Assembly: GCA_041494685.1 (NCBI GenBank)
Contig: JBGQBE010000005.1
Span: 1 to 64,000, forward strand
DNA: 64,000 nucleotides
Source of the DNA: Dehalococcoidia bacterium
GTDB lineage: Bacteria; Chloroflexota; Dehalococcoidia; DSTF01; JACRBR01
Direction of reading: 5' to 3'
The translations under genes and the position numbers were made by a program. Positions 41,605 through 49,664 of the stretch are shown in pieces; the stretch's first letter is position 1, and every line of letters begins with the position of its first letter. The notes beneath the pieces were generated by a model. The model ran no database searches and was not told the DNA's origin. It saw only the letters and a list, made by a program, of their open reading frames with translations.

Positions 41605-42195
41605 CTACGCCGCCAACCGCCGTATCTTGCTCGCCGTCTTCACCACCTCGCGCCTGCGCGCCTCGTCGCGCTGCCTCATGGCGTAGTCGACACGGTAGAC
41701 CAGCAGCACCAGCAGGATCAGGGACGTTGAGAAGTACATCGCGCCGGCCCAGAGCTGGCTCGTGTCGGTGCCGGCGGCGATGCCGTGCGCCGTCGCGCCC
41801 GCGTACAGCACGAACGAGAGGACGTGGATCATCCGCCAAGCGCGGAAGCCCATGTGCTGACGCATCCAGAAGCTCGCGACCACCAGCACCAGCGCGTACG
41901 TCGAAAGCACACCGATCGCCACGGCGACGCCACGGTACGGCGAGAGAAACGGAAGCGAGAGCTGCCAGACGTTGAAGTTCAGGTACTGGTCTCCCAGCAG
42001 CACATAGGTGTGGAAGCCGGTCGCCAGCAGCGCCAGCACCGACACGAAGCGGTGCATGTCGAAGACCAGGTTCTGCCGCCGGCCGCCCGTGCCGACACGG
42101 GCCGTGATCATCATGCCCAGCGCCATGGAAGCGAAGAGGAGCAGGTAAGCGGTGAAGCCGGCTGCGCGAGACAGGTACCAGAACTCGTGATTCAT
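41605..42195 (-). CDS. Ferric reductase-like (MsrQ-like) heme b membrane protein
   Basis: WYLSRAAG; four TM His (MHR, FHT, IHV, AHG); GTD. Confidence 0.85.
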   Translation of the reverse strand: MNHEFWYLSRAAGFTAYLLLFASMALGMMITARVGTGGRRQNLVFDMHRFVSVLALLATGFHTYVLLGDQYLNFNVWQLSLPFLSPYRGVAVAIGVLSTYALVLVVASFWMRQHMGFRAWRMIHVLSFVLYAGATAHGIAAGTDTSQLWAGAMYFSTSLILLVLLVYRVDYAMRQRDEARRREVVKTASKIRRLAA

Positions 42196-42238
42196 GTCGG
42201 GCGTGACTCCGGCTCAACGCGCCAACGTGGCGCGGGGC

Positions 42239-42484
42239 TTATGAGACGTGGGTGCGCGTGGTGGTGCGGGTAGTCGCCTGGACGCTCTTCGTCTGCGCCG
42301 CCGCCTTCGTCGGCGTCGCGTACGGCTGCGATGCGCCGGCCGACGGCGCTGTCTGCGCCAGTACGTCCGCGGATGCCGTAGCAGCCGCACCGCGCTGCAC
42401 CAGTCCGAGCGCTACCGCCATGGTGGCGATGCTGGCGATGAGCGCCGTGATCTTGGCCCCGGTGTTCTTCTTCATCTGCAACAT
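42239..42484 (-). CDS. Small exported Ala/Thr-rich protein
   Basis: Signal/TM segment, low-complexity linker, TTRTTTRTHVS C-terminus; GGAGG SD. Confidence 0.65.
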   Translation of the reverse strand: MLQMKKNTGAKITALIASIATMAVALGLVQRGAAATASADVLAQTAPSAGASQPYATPTKAAAQTKSVQATTRTTTRTHVS

Positions 42485-42610
42485 GGGTGAGCCTCCGTTC
42501 TGGCTGCATTGTCGCCGCCAGGGATGCCGGAGGTTATTGCGAGGAGGTTCGGAAGATATGTGGAACGTGTTACAGAGGAAGGGCAGGCGCCGAACGCGCG
42601 CTGTCCGGGG

Positions 42611-43421
42611 CTACTTCGCGCCGTACGCCTTCAGGCGTTCCAGCGCGGTCCACGTCGCGGCGTCCAGCGGGATCCAGTCGTTGAACGACAGGCCGTCGGG
42701 CTCGCTCGCCGGGTTCACCATGCCGCGAAACCGCAACGGTCCGACATCGGGGTCCTCCCACACCACCGGATATTCCCAACGGATCTTCGGCGTTCTCGGT
42801 ATGGCGGTCTGCCACGCGTGCAGGAAGGGTTGGATGACGTTCGGATCTCCGGCGAAGAAGCGCTCCATGATCGCGGCAAAGTACGGGCTGGGGTCCTCCA
42901 TGGATTCGGCGCCGCGATGGTGGCCCTTGAACGTGGCCGCCATCACCGCCAGCACCTCCGGCAGATTGGTGCAGCGCGCCGCGAAACGGGGGTTGCTGGC
43001 CACGCCCAGAAGGTTGCGCTCGATGGGATCGAGGAACTCGGTATTCAGGTCGACGGACCACAACCGCTGCGCGGCGGCGTTGGCTGCGGAGACTTCCATC
43101 ATCTCGTTGAGGACGAACGCCGGCCACGGATAGTCCTCGATGAACCTGGCCGCCTCCTCGGGCGTGAACATGAACCGGCTGGCCGGCCACGGACTGAGTT
43201 CGTACGCATCAGACGCGTAGCCCGCCGCGGCGAGGATCGTGTTGCGCTCGGAACGATCCAGCTTCAGTGCGTCGAGGATCGCGAAAAGGTGCTCGCGCGA
43301 CGGACTGCGGCGCGCGTTCTCGTAGCTCCGCACCGCTTCGACCGAGAGCCGCGACAGCTCAGCGAGACGGCCCTGGCTCAACTTGCGCCGCTGGCGCGCT
43401 CGACCGCCAGTCAGTTCCCAT
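42611..43421 (-). CDS. XRE HTH regulator with MmyB-like ligand-binding domain; possible 5' frameshift
   Basis: RARQRRKLSQ..LAE...SYE..RRSP HTH; WPAFVLN...AAN..A; the likely ATG (43421) is out of frame with the body, whose first in-frame start is TTG 43381. Confidence 0.75.
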
Positions 43422-43488
43422 GCCGCGATCCTATCGGGTTTTCGCCGGGCGCACTATACGCTCAATTTCACCGAGCCAACCCCGGCCG

Positions 43489-44880
43489 CTACGCCGCGCG
43501 GCGCAACCGCTCTTGCTGGCGCGCGAGGAGCGCATCCACCACGCGCGGATCGAACTGTGTGCCGGCGTGCCGCGCGATCTCGTCGTACGCTTCGGCGCTC
43601 GTCCGCGCCGCCTTGTACGGTCGCGCCGCCATAATCGCGTCGTAGGCATCCGCCACGGCAAAGATCCGGGCGGCCAGCGGGATCTGCTCGCCGCGAAGGC
43701 CGCGTGGATAGCCGCTGCCGTCGAAGTGCTCGTGGTGGCAGAGCACCAGCTCGGCCGCGGTGGCCAGGAAGCGCACGCCGGCGAGCATGCGATATCCCTG
43801 CATGGAGTGGGATCGGATGATCTCCCACTCCTCCGCGTCGAGCGGTCCCGGCTTGCGCAGCACGGCGTCCGGCACGCCGATCTTGCCGATGTCGTGCAGC
43901 ATCGCGCCGTGCTTCAGGTCGAGCCATTCGCGCGTGTCGGGCTTGACGCCCAGCGTCAGGCCGAGTTCCAGCGAAAGCTCCGCCACGCGCGTGGAGTGTC
44001 CGTGCGTCTCGATGTCGCGCGTGTCGAGCGCGGAGACAAATGCCGCGAGTGTCTCGTTGTACGCGTCCGCCAGTTCGTGGCTGAGCGTCTCTACCTCGGT
44101 GTTCTTCTCGCGCAGCTCCCGCACGGTGTGCTCCGTACGATCCACGTACTGCTTCATGGTGAACCGCGTCATGACCACGGGGAGCGTCAGGCCGAGCACA
44201 CCGTATGCCGCAAGTTCGTCGTACGCCATGACCAGCATGAACGCCAGGAAGCCCATCACGACGAAATGCGGCACGAGCCACGCGAACGTCTCGCTCCACA
44301 CGCGCCGCAGCGACGCGCCGCTCGTGCACCCGATGATCGACGCCACCAGCGCGCTGCTGACAGCGAAGTGCGCCAGAGACGCGGTAATGATGGCGGCAGC
44401 CTGCACCGGCCGCCCGCCGTACGGCGTCGCGTGGGCCATCAGGCGATAGGCGCCGAAGGCAGCAAGCGCGGCGAGTACAAACACGCTCGCGTTGAAGATC
44501 AGCTTGTACAGCGGCCGGCCGCGCCCCACATGAGCGGCCAGCGCCACCGCCGGGCACACCAGCAGCACCGCCACGGGGCCGAACAGCACAGCGGCCGTCA
44601 CCATGAACAGGACGCTTACCGACACGCGGCCGTCGCCGTAGACGTGGATGTCCAGCCGCTCGGACGCCATACCCAGCGCCGCGATCAGCGCCAGTGTCAG
44701 CCAGGCGCTCCCTGGCAGGCTGAGTTCGGTGTAGGCAAGGGCGATGGCGCCCGCCAGGACGCCGGCGCACGCGGCCACGGCGATCAGGAGCCGCGCCCCG
44801 GCGGGCAGGCGCTCATCCGGCGGCGCGGGACCCGCGACGGACGGCGGCGCCACCCGCAGGCGCGCGTCTGACTTCTCCAA
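43489..44880 (-). CDS. HD-GYP phosphodiesterase with N-terminal multi-TM sensor domain
   Basis: T.GHS.RV, LHDIGKIG, HHEHFDGSGYPRGL, VADAYDA; ~7 TM plus coiled-coil linker; TTG start with AGAGGAG SD. Confidence 0.93.
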   Translation of the reverse strand: MEKSDARLRVAPPSVAGPAPPDERLPAGARLLIAVAACAGVLAGAIALAYTELSLPGSAWLTLALIAALGMASERLDIHVYGDGRVSVSVLFMVTAAVLFGPVAVLLVCPAVALAAHVGRGRPLYKLIFNASVFVLAALAAFGAYRLMAHATPYGGRPVQAAAIITASLAHFAVSSALVASIIGCTSGASLRRVWSETFAWLVPHFVVMGFLAFMLVMAYDELAAYGVLGLTLPVVMTRFTMKQYVDRTEHTVRELREKNTEVETLSHELADAYNETLAAFVSALDTRDIETHGHSTRVAELSLELGLTLGVKPDTREWLDLKHGAMLHDIGKIGVPDAVLRKPGPLDAEEWEIIRSHSMQGYRMLAGVRFLATAAELVLCHHEHFDGSGYPRGLRGEQIPLAARIFAVADAYDAIMAARPYKAARTSAEAYDEIARHAGTQFDPRVVDALLARQQERLRRAA

Positions 44881-45034
44881 TCCGCTACTCCTCTGCGAGA
44901 TTGTCGTCGCGTGCGGGACGAATATGCAGGCGATTTCCCCGAAATATCCCGCTCCGGGCCATCAGATGCTCGAAACGCCGCCGATTGATGTGAGTGGCGG
45001 ACGCGACTGAAGCGTCCCCGACAACCGAATACAC

Positions 45035-45123
45035 CTCCGATAAAGGCAAACCCGTCGAAAGGCGGGGGCGCAAAGCCACGGGCCTACACCCCATACGGGG
45101 CACGGCAGCCGGGCTGCCGGTTT
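45035..45123 (+). ncRNA. c-di-GMP-I (GEMM) riboswitch
   Basis: AAAGGCAAACCCGTC-GAAA-GGCGGGGGCGCAAAGCCACGGGCCTA...GGCAGCCGGGCTGCCG matches the GEMM-I core; G at the position-20 equivalent. Confidence 0.92.
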
Positions 45124-45134
45124 CATTCGGAGCC

Positions 45135-45179
45135 AACCCCCGCTATCCCACGGGCTGAGGTAGCGGGTTCTCTTTCTTT
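45135..45179 (+). terminator. Intrinsic terminator (riboswitch expression platform)
   Basis: cccgctat...gtagcggg stem followed by ttctctttcttt, just before the GGAGG SD. Confidence 0.7.
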
Positions 45180-45192
45180 GGCGGAGGTGCGT

Positions 45193-46689
45193 ATGTTCCA
45201 GTCCAGACCCTGGTTCCATGTCCCTATCCTGGGAGGGCTGCTCCTGCTGGTAGCCCTCATCTCGGCGGGCATCACGCCTGCCACCCGCACGTCGCACGCG
45301 CAGGGCGCCGTCTGGGCGTACGGCGACGCCCATCCCGGCCAGCCCATCCCGGTGATCGTCCAGACGGACGGCGGTGCGGATGCGGCACAGTTGGTCCGCG
45401 CGAGCGGCGCGGCCGTCCGCGTGGACCTCGGGTTCATGCACGCGGCCGCGGCCGACATCCCGGCCGACCGGCTGCACGAACTCGCTGCCGCGGACCACGT
45501 CGCTAACATCAGCCTCGACGGCACGGTGTCGTCCGCCGACGACGGCAAGAACAGCCCGATCGGCACCGACGGCGCGCCGACCAGCGTGTATCCCCGCGAG
45601 ATCAAAGCCGGCGATCTCTGGAACGACGGCTTCTCCGGGCAAGGCGTCGGCGTCGCGATCGTCGACACGGGCATCGTGCCCAGCAAGGACTTTGGCTCCC
45701 GCGTCATCGCCACCTTCGCGACGCAGGCCGGGACGTCGCCGGACGGCTACGGCCACGGCTCACACGTCGCCGGTCTCGCGGGCGGCAACGGCGCGAACTC
45801 CGCCAACCAGTACCGAGGCGTGGCGCCGAAGGTCAACCTGATCAACGTCAAAACGGGCGATGACCAGGGCCTGGCGCATGTCAGCGACATCATCGCGGGC
45901 CTGGCTTGGGTGCTCGACAACAAGGACGCGTACAACATCCGCGTCGTCAACCTGTCGCTGCGCTCCGACACGGCACAGAGCTACACGACCGATCCGCTGG
46001 ACGCCGCGGTCGAGCTGCTGACGTTCCGCGGCATCCTCGTCGTCGTCGCGGCCGGCAACACCGGCACCGTCGCCGACGCCGTATCCTACGCGCCGGCCAA
46101 CGACCCGTTCGTCCTCACCGTAGGCGCGGTGGACGACCTCGGCACATCGGACTACAAGGATGACCTCGTCGCGCCCTGGTCCAGCCGTGGCGCAACGCAG
46201 GACGGCTTCGCCAAGCCGGACGTGTACGTGCCCGGCCGCCACCTCATCTCGGTGCAGAGTCCGGGCAGCGTACTCACGGCGCTGTTCCCCAACAACCTCG
46301 TCGGCTCGTACTACTTCACCCTCAGTGGCACGTCGATGGCCGCGGGCGTGGCGAGCGGCGGCGCCGCGCTGCTGTTCCAGGCGCATCCCGACTGGACGCC
46401 GGGCCAGGCGAAGCTCGCGCTGATGCAAGGCTCCAGGGCGGTGTCCGCCGACGCTACGGTCAACGTGGCCCAGCTGGACCGCTCGGTCGAACTGTCGCCC
46501 GTCGACACGACGACCAGCATCAAGCCAAACTACCTGCTGCTGCAGGCCGCCGGCATCGCTGACCCGCAGAGCATCAGCTGGGGCAGCGTCTCGTGGGGCT
46601 CCATCTCGTGGGGCAGCATCAGCTGGGGCAGCATCTCGTGGGGCTCGGTGTCCTGGGGCAGCGTGTCCTGGGGCGAGGCGGGGGAGTAA
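45193..46689 (+). CDS. Secreted S8 (subtilisin-like) peptidase with C-terminal SxSWG repeats
   Basis: Signal peptide, short prodomain, triad IVDTG / HGSHVAG / SGTSMA, oxyanion AAGN; 7x S[IV]SWG tail. Confidence 0.93.
   Translation: MFQSRPWFHVPILGGLLLLVALISAGITPATRTSHAQGAVWAYGDAHPGQPIPVIVQTDGGADAAQLVRASGAAVRVDLGFMHAAAADIPADRLHELAAADHVANISLDGTVSSADDGKNSPIGTDGAPTSVYPREIKAGDLWNDGFSGQGVGVAIVDTGIVPSKDFGSRVIATFATQAGTSPDGYGHGSHVAGLAGGNGANSANQYRGVAPKVNLINVKTGDDQGLAHVSDIIAGLAWVLDNKDAYNIRVVNLSLRSDTAQSYTTDPLDAAVELLTFRGILVVVAAGNTGTVADAVSYAPANDPFVLTVGAVDDLGTSDYKDDLVAPWSSRGATQDGFAKPDVYVPGRHLISVQSPGSVLTALFPNNLVGSYYFTLSGTSMAAGVASGGAALLFQAHPDWTPGQAKLALMQGSRAVSADATVNVAQLDRSVELSPVDTTTSIKPNYLLLQAAGIADPQSISWGSVSWGSISWGSISWGSISWGSVSWGSVSWGEAGE
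46570..46674 (+). repeat. Seven 15-bp coding repeats (SISWG x4, SVSWG x3)
   Basis: AGCATCAGCTGGGGC-type units; Ser codons alternate AGC/TCG/TCC. Confidence 0.95.
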
Positions 46690-46691
46690 CG

Positions 46692-47522
46692 ATGGCAATC
46701 GCGAATACCCGATCGCCCATGCACTCCTCGGTCTTTGAACTCCCGACGGGGCGCGCGCTCATCGCCTTCGTCGTGAGCGTCACCGCCGCGGGCGCCGCTG
46801 CCATCACCCTCGCCGGCTTCTTTGGCAGCGGCTCCGGCAACCTCACGCTCATCGCCGGCCTCGTGATCGCCGGCGCGGTCTCAGAGCGCTTCAAGGTCGG
46901 CCTCTTCGGCGACGCGCACGTATCGCTCGCCGCGGTCGCGATGATGGCGGCCGGTCTCATCGGCGGCGCGCGCGACGTCGTCATCGTCGCGCCACTGATC
47001 GCCATCGCCGTGAACGTTGGCGGCGTGGTGCCGTTCTACAAGACGGCCTTCAACGTCGCGGCGTACACCCTGGCGTCGCTGGCGTTCCTGGGCACCGTTC
47101 GGCTCGCCGGCGCGACGCCGCTCACCGCAGCGTGGCCGCAGAGCGTAGTCGCTGCCACGGTCGGCACCGCCGTCTACTTCGCGCTGAACACGGCGTTGAT
47201 CGCCACGGCCGTCAGCATTGCCTCGGGCAACCGGTTCGCGGACGTGATCCGCGGACGCTACCTGTGGCTGCTGCCGCACTACCTGCCGCTGGGCGCGCTC
47301 GCCGCCTCCCTGGCGCACGCCTACGACCCGACGGGCGCGTGGTCCATCGCCATCTTCGCCGCTCCGGTGGCCGCCGTGCAGTTCGCGCTGTACCAGTACG
47401 CCAGCCTCCGGCGGACGAACGCCGCGAGCCTGCGCGAGATCGAGGAACGGATGCGCCTCGTCGAAGCCGAGCTGACGCTCGCGCGGACCCTGGACGGCGC
47501 GCCGGACCGCAACGTCGCGTAA
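46692..47522 (+). CDS. Stand-alone multi-TM protein paralogous to the HD-GYP sensor domain
   Basis: Shares SER....GD..VS, P.YK..FN, WL.PH, AYD, P....F...QY with 43489..44880; ends after a coiled coil; starts 2 nt after the S8 stop. Confidence 0.85.
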   Translation: MAIANTRSPMHSSVFELPTGRALIAFVVSVTAAGAAAITLAGFFGSGSGNLTLIAGLVIAGAVSERFKVGLFGDAHVSLAAVAMMAAGLIGGARDVVIVAPLIAIAVNVGGVVPFYKTAFNVAAYTLASLAFLGTVRLAGATPLTAAWPQSVVAATVGTAVYFALNTALIATAVSIASGNRFADVIRGRYLWLLPHYLPLGALAASLAHAYDPTGAWSIAIFAAPVAAVQFALYQYASLRRTNAASLREIEERMRLVEAELTLARTLDGAPDRNVA

Positions 47523-47582
47523 CGCGGTGCGCCGGCCGTGACACTACGGCACGCGATATGTATGGTGCGGCGGGCGTTGCCC

Positions 47583-47680
47583 GAGAACCAAGAACTCAGA
47601 ACCTGGAACCTCGGTCTGTGAACGACCCGCTCCCAGGTTCGAAGTTCTAGGTTCTAGGTCTAGGTTCTTAGTTCTGGGTT
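47583..47680. repeat. Inverted arrays of heptamer repeats (AGAACCT / TAGGTTC)
   Basis: agaacca agaactc agaacct ggaacct ... caggttc gaagttc taggttc taggtc taggttc ttagttc. Confidence 0.85.
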
Positions 47681-47691
47681 GGGGTCGCCGT

Positions 47692-48465
47692 ATGAGCCAG
47701 CTGTTCTCGATCGAGGGGAAGACCGCCGTCGTCACCGGCGGCTCGCGCGGCATCGGCTTGATGATCGCGCGGGGCATGGTGGAGGCCGGTGCGAAGGTCT
47801 ACATCTCCGCGCGCAAGGCCGACGCCTGCAACGCCGCGGCGCAGCAGCTCTCAGCGATCGGCCAGTGCATCGCCATCCCGGCCGACGTCGGCACGGAAGA
47901 CGGCTGCCGCTTCCTCGCCGATGAGGTCGGCAAGCGCGAGGAGCGGCTGCACATCCTGGTCAACAACGCCGGCGCCAACTGGGGCGCGCCCATGGACCAG
48001 TATCCCGACTCAGCGTTCGACAAGGTGTTCGCCGTGAACGTGAAGGGTGTCTTCAACCTCACGCGCTTCATGGTGCCGCTGCTGGAGTGCGCGGCGAGCG
48101 ACGACGATCCCGCGCGCGTGATCAACATCGGCTCGATCGACGGCCTGCAGGCGCCGATGCTCGACACGTTCGCCTACTCGTCGAGCAAGGCCGCCGTGCA
48201 CCACCTGACGCGCGTGCTCGCGCACAAGCTGGCGTCGAAGCGGATCACCGTGAACGCGATCGCGCCCGGACCGTTCGAGAGCAAGATGATGGCGGAGACG
48301 CTGGAGCGCTTCGGCGACTCGATCCGCGCGTCATGCCCGCTGGGCCGCATCGGCCGCCCCGACGACATGGCCGGCACAGCGATCTTCCTGTCGTCCCGCG
48401 CCGGCGCCTACCTGACCGGCACGATCATCCCCGTCGACGGCGGCATCTCCACCCGCCACGGGTAG
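47692..48465 (+). CDS. SDR family oxidoreductase
   Basis: TGGSRGIG, NNAG, YSSSK. Confidence 0.93.
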   Translation: MSQLFSIEGKTAVVTGGSRGIGLMIARGMVEAGAKVYISARKADACNAAAQQLSAIGQCIAIPADVGTEDGCRFLADEVGKREERLHILVNNAGANWGAPMDQYPDSAFDKVFAVNVKGVFNLTRFMVPLLECAASDDDPARVINIGSIDGLQAPMLDTFAYSSSKAAVHHLTRVLAHKLASKRITVNAIAPGPFESKMMAETLERFGDSIRASCPLGRIGRPDDMAGTAIFLSSRAGAYLTGTIIPVDGGISTRHG

Positions 48466-48608
48466 CCCGCACTCCATGGTGATCAAGGTCGGCTGACCCC
48501 GCCGCGATCAGCGCAGTGATCCCCATCGGCTACGTGTCCGCAAGGTGGCCACGGGCCAGAGGATCGGGTCGCCCGGCGACACAGCGTGAACTACCACTGG
48601 GGCGTTCA

Positions 48609-48636
48609 TGGCACCCCTGGCAGGATTCGAACCTGC
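48609..48636 (-). mobile_element. Duplicated tRNA-Arg 3' end (attR-like)
   Basis: Reverse complement GCAGGTTCGAATCCTGCCAGGGGTGCCA, 26/28 identical to the 3' end of the tRNA at 49470. Confidence 0.8.
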
Positions 48637-48654
48637 CAAAGCGCAGGTAACAGC

Positions 48655-49431
48655 TTAGGAAGATCGCAGGCTGAGTGGGTGCCGGTGATGGCCCTGCTCA
48701 GGCTTCGCTTTGGCGAGGCTCCAAGTCCAGCCGATCGGGCGCAGCCCAAGGCGAGCAGCAACTCGCTGAGACGAGAGATTTTGAGCGTCTGTGCTATAGA
48801 ACATGTGGCGACCGCTGGGACGCAGGATGTCTGCCCAGGTCGCGGTTACCTCAACGGCGTAACCCCGCCGCCGGTAATCGGGGTGAGTCCATACACCGCA
48901 TTCCGCAGCCCGCTCGGTCGTCCGCCGCGGCGTGTGGCAGATCGAGACGACCTTCCCGTCAACAACGGCCATCGCCCACGGCCCGAGAGTCCCGTCCAGT
49001 AACTCATCCCACTCCCCGGCACCCCAATTGCCAGGGTTGAAGGGCCGCAACCGTTCGCCGAGGCGTGTATCCGAGCGCGCGATGTAGGCCCGCGGCTCGA
49101 TGCGGACATCATCCTCGATCAGAAAGTACGGACCTGCATCGAGAGAAAGCGGTGCGCAGGAAGATTCCAGAATCTCTCGGCAAACTACCAGCGCCAGGGG
49201 TTCTATATCGGGGGCGGGCGCCCTGGGCGACGTGTCGACTGCGTCGACTAATGCAGGCACAAGAGTCTCCGGGATTTCACTGCCGACGAAGAGGACTTGC
49301 CCATCACTTGTCGAAGCGATCGTGACGCCACAGGCCCCGCGGAGACGGCGGCTGTCGTCCATCCACATCTCGGCTACGAGTTCGAAGAGCTCAAGACAGG
49401 TGGGTGAGTGCGAGGCTTGAGGTGGATCCAT
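48655..49431 (-). CDS. GNAT family N-acetyltransferase
   Basis: ECGVWTHPDYRRRGYA, N.SSQRVAARLG; more AT-rich than the flanking genes. Confidence 0.85.
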   Translation of the reverse strand: MDPPQASHSPTCLELFELVAEMWMDDSRRLRGACGVTIASTSDGQVLFVGSEIPETLVPALVDAVDTSPRAPAPDIEPLALVVCREILESSCAPLSLDAGPYFLIEDDVRIEPRAYIARSDTRLGERLRPFNPGNWGAGEWDELLDGTLGPWAMAVVDGKVVSICHTPRRTTERAAECGVWTHPDYRRRGYAVEVTATWADILRPSGRHMFYSTDAQNLSSQRVAARLGLRPIGWTWSLAKAKPEQGHHRHPLSLRSS

Positions 49432-49469
49432 CTCTAGCTCACTTTCGAAGTGGGTACCGCGAGGAGGTC

Positions 49470-49546
49470 TGGTACCCCCGGCAGGATTCGAACCTGCGAC
49501 CATCGGATTAGAAGTCCGGCGCTCTGATCCACTGAGCTACGGGGGC
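49470..49546 (-). tRNA. tRNA-Arg (TCT)
   Basis: Reverse complement GCCCCCGTAGCTCAGTGGATCAGAGCGCCGGACTTCTAATCCGATGGTCGCAGGTTCGAATCCTGCCGGGGGTACCA. Confidence 0.96.
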
Positions 49547-49664
49547 ACGCGGTCCGGAAGGCGCCGCGCCGGCTCGATGCCTCCAGCGTCGGCGCGCATG
49601 GTACGGCGCAGCGCGGTCCGCCGCGGCCGCGCGCTACCTGCGTGTGCGCGCGACGGGCGGGACG

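Noticed and set aside
46570..47680. CRISPR array in the 15-bp or 7-bp repeats
   Set aside because: No unique spacers, wrong unit length, no cas genes; the 15-mers are coding.
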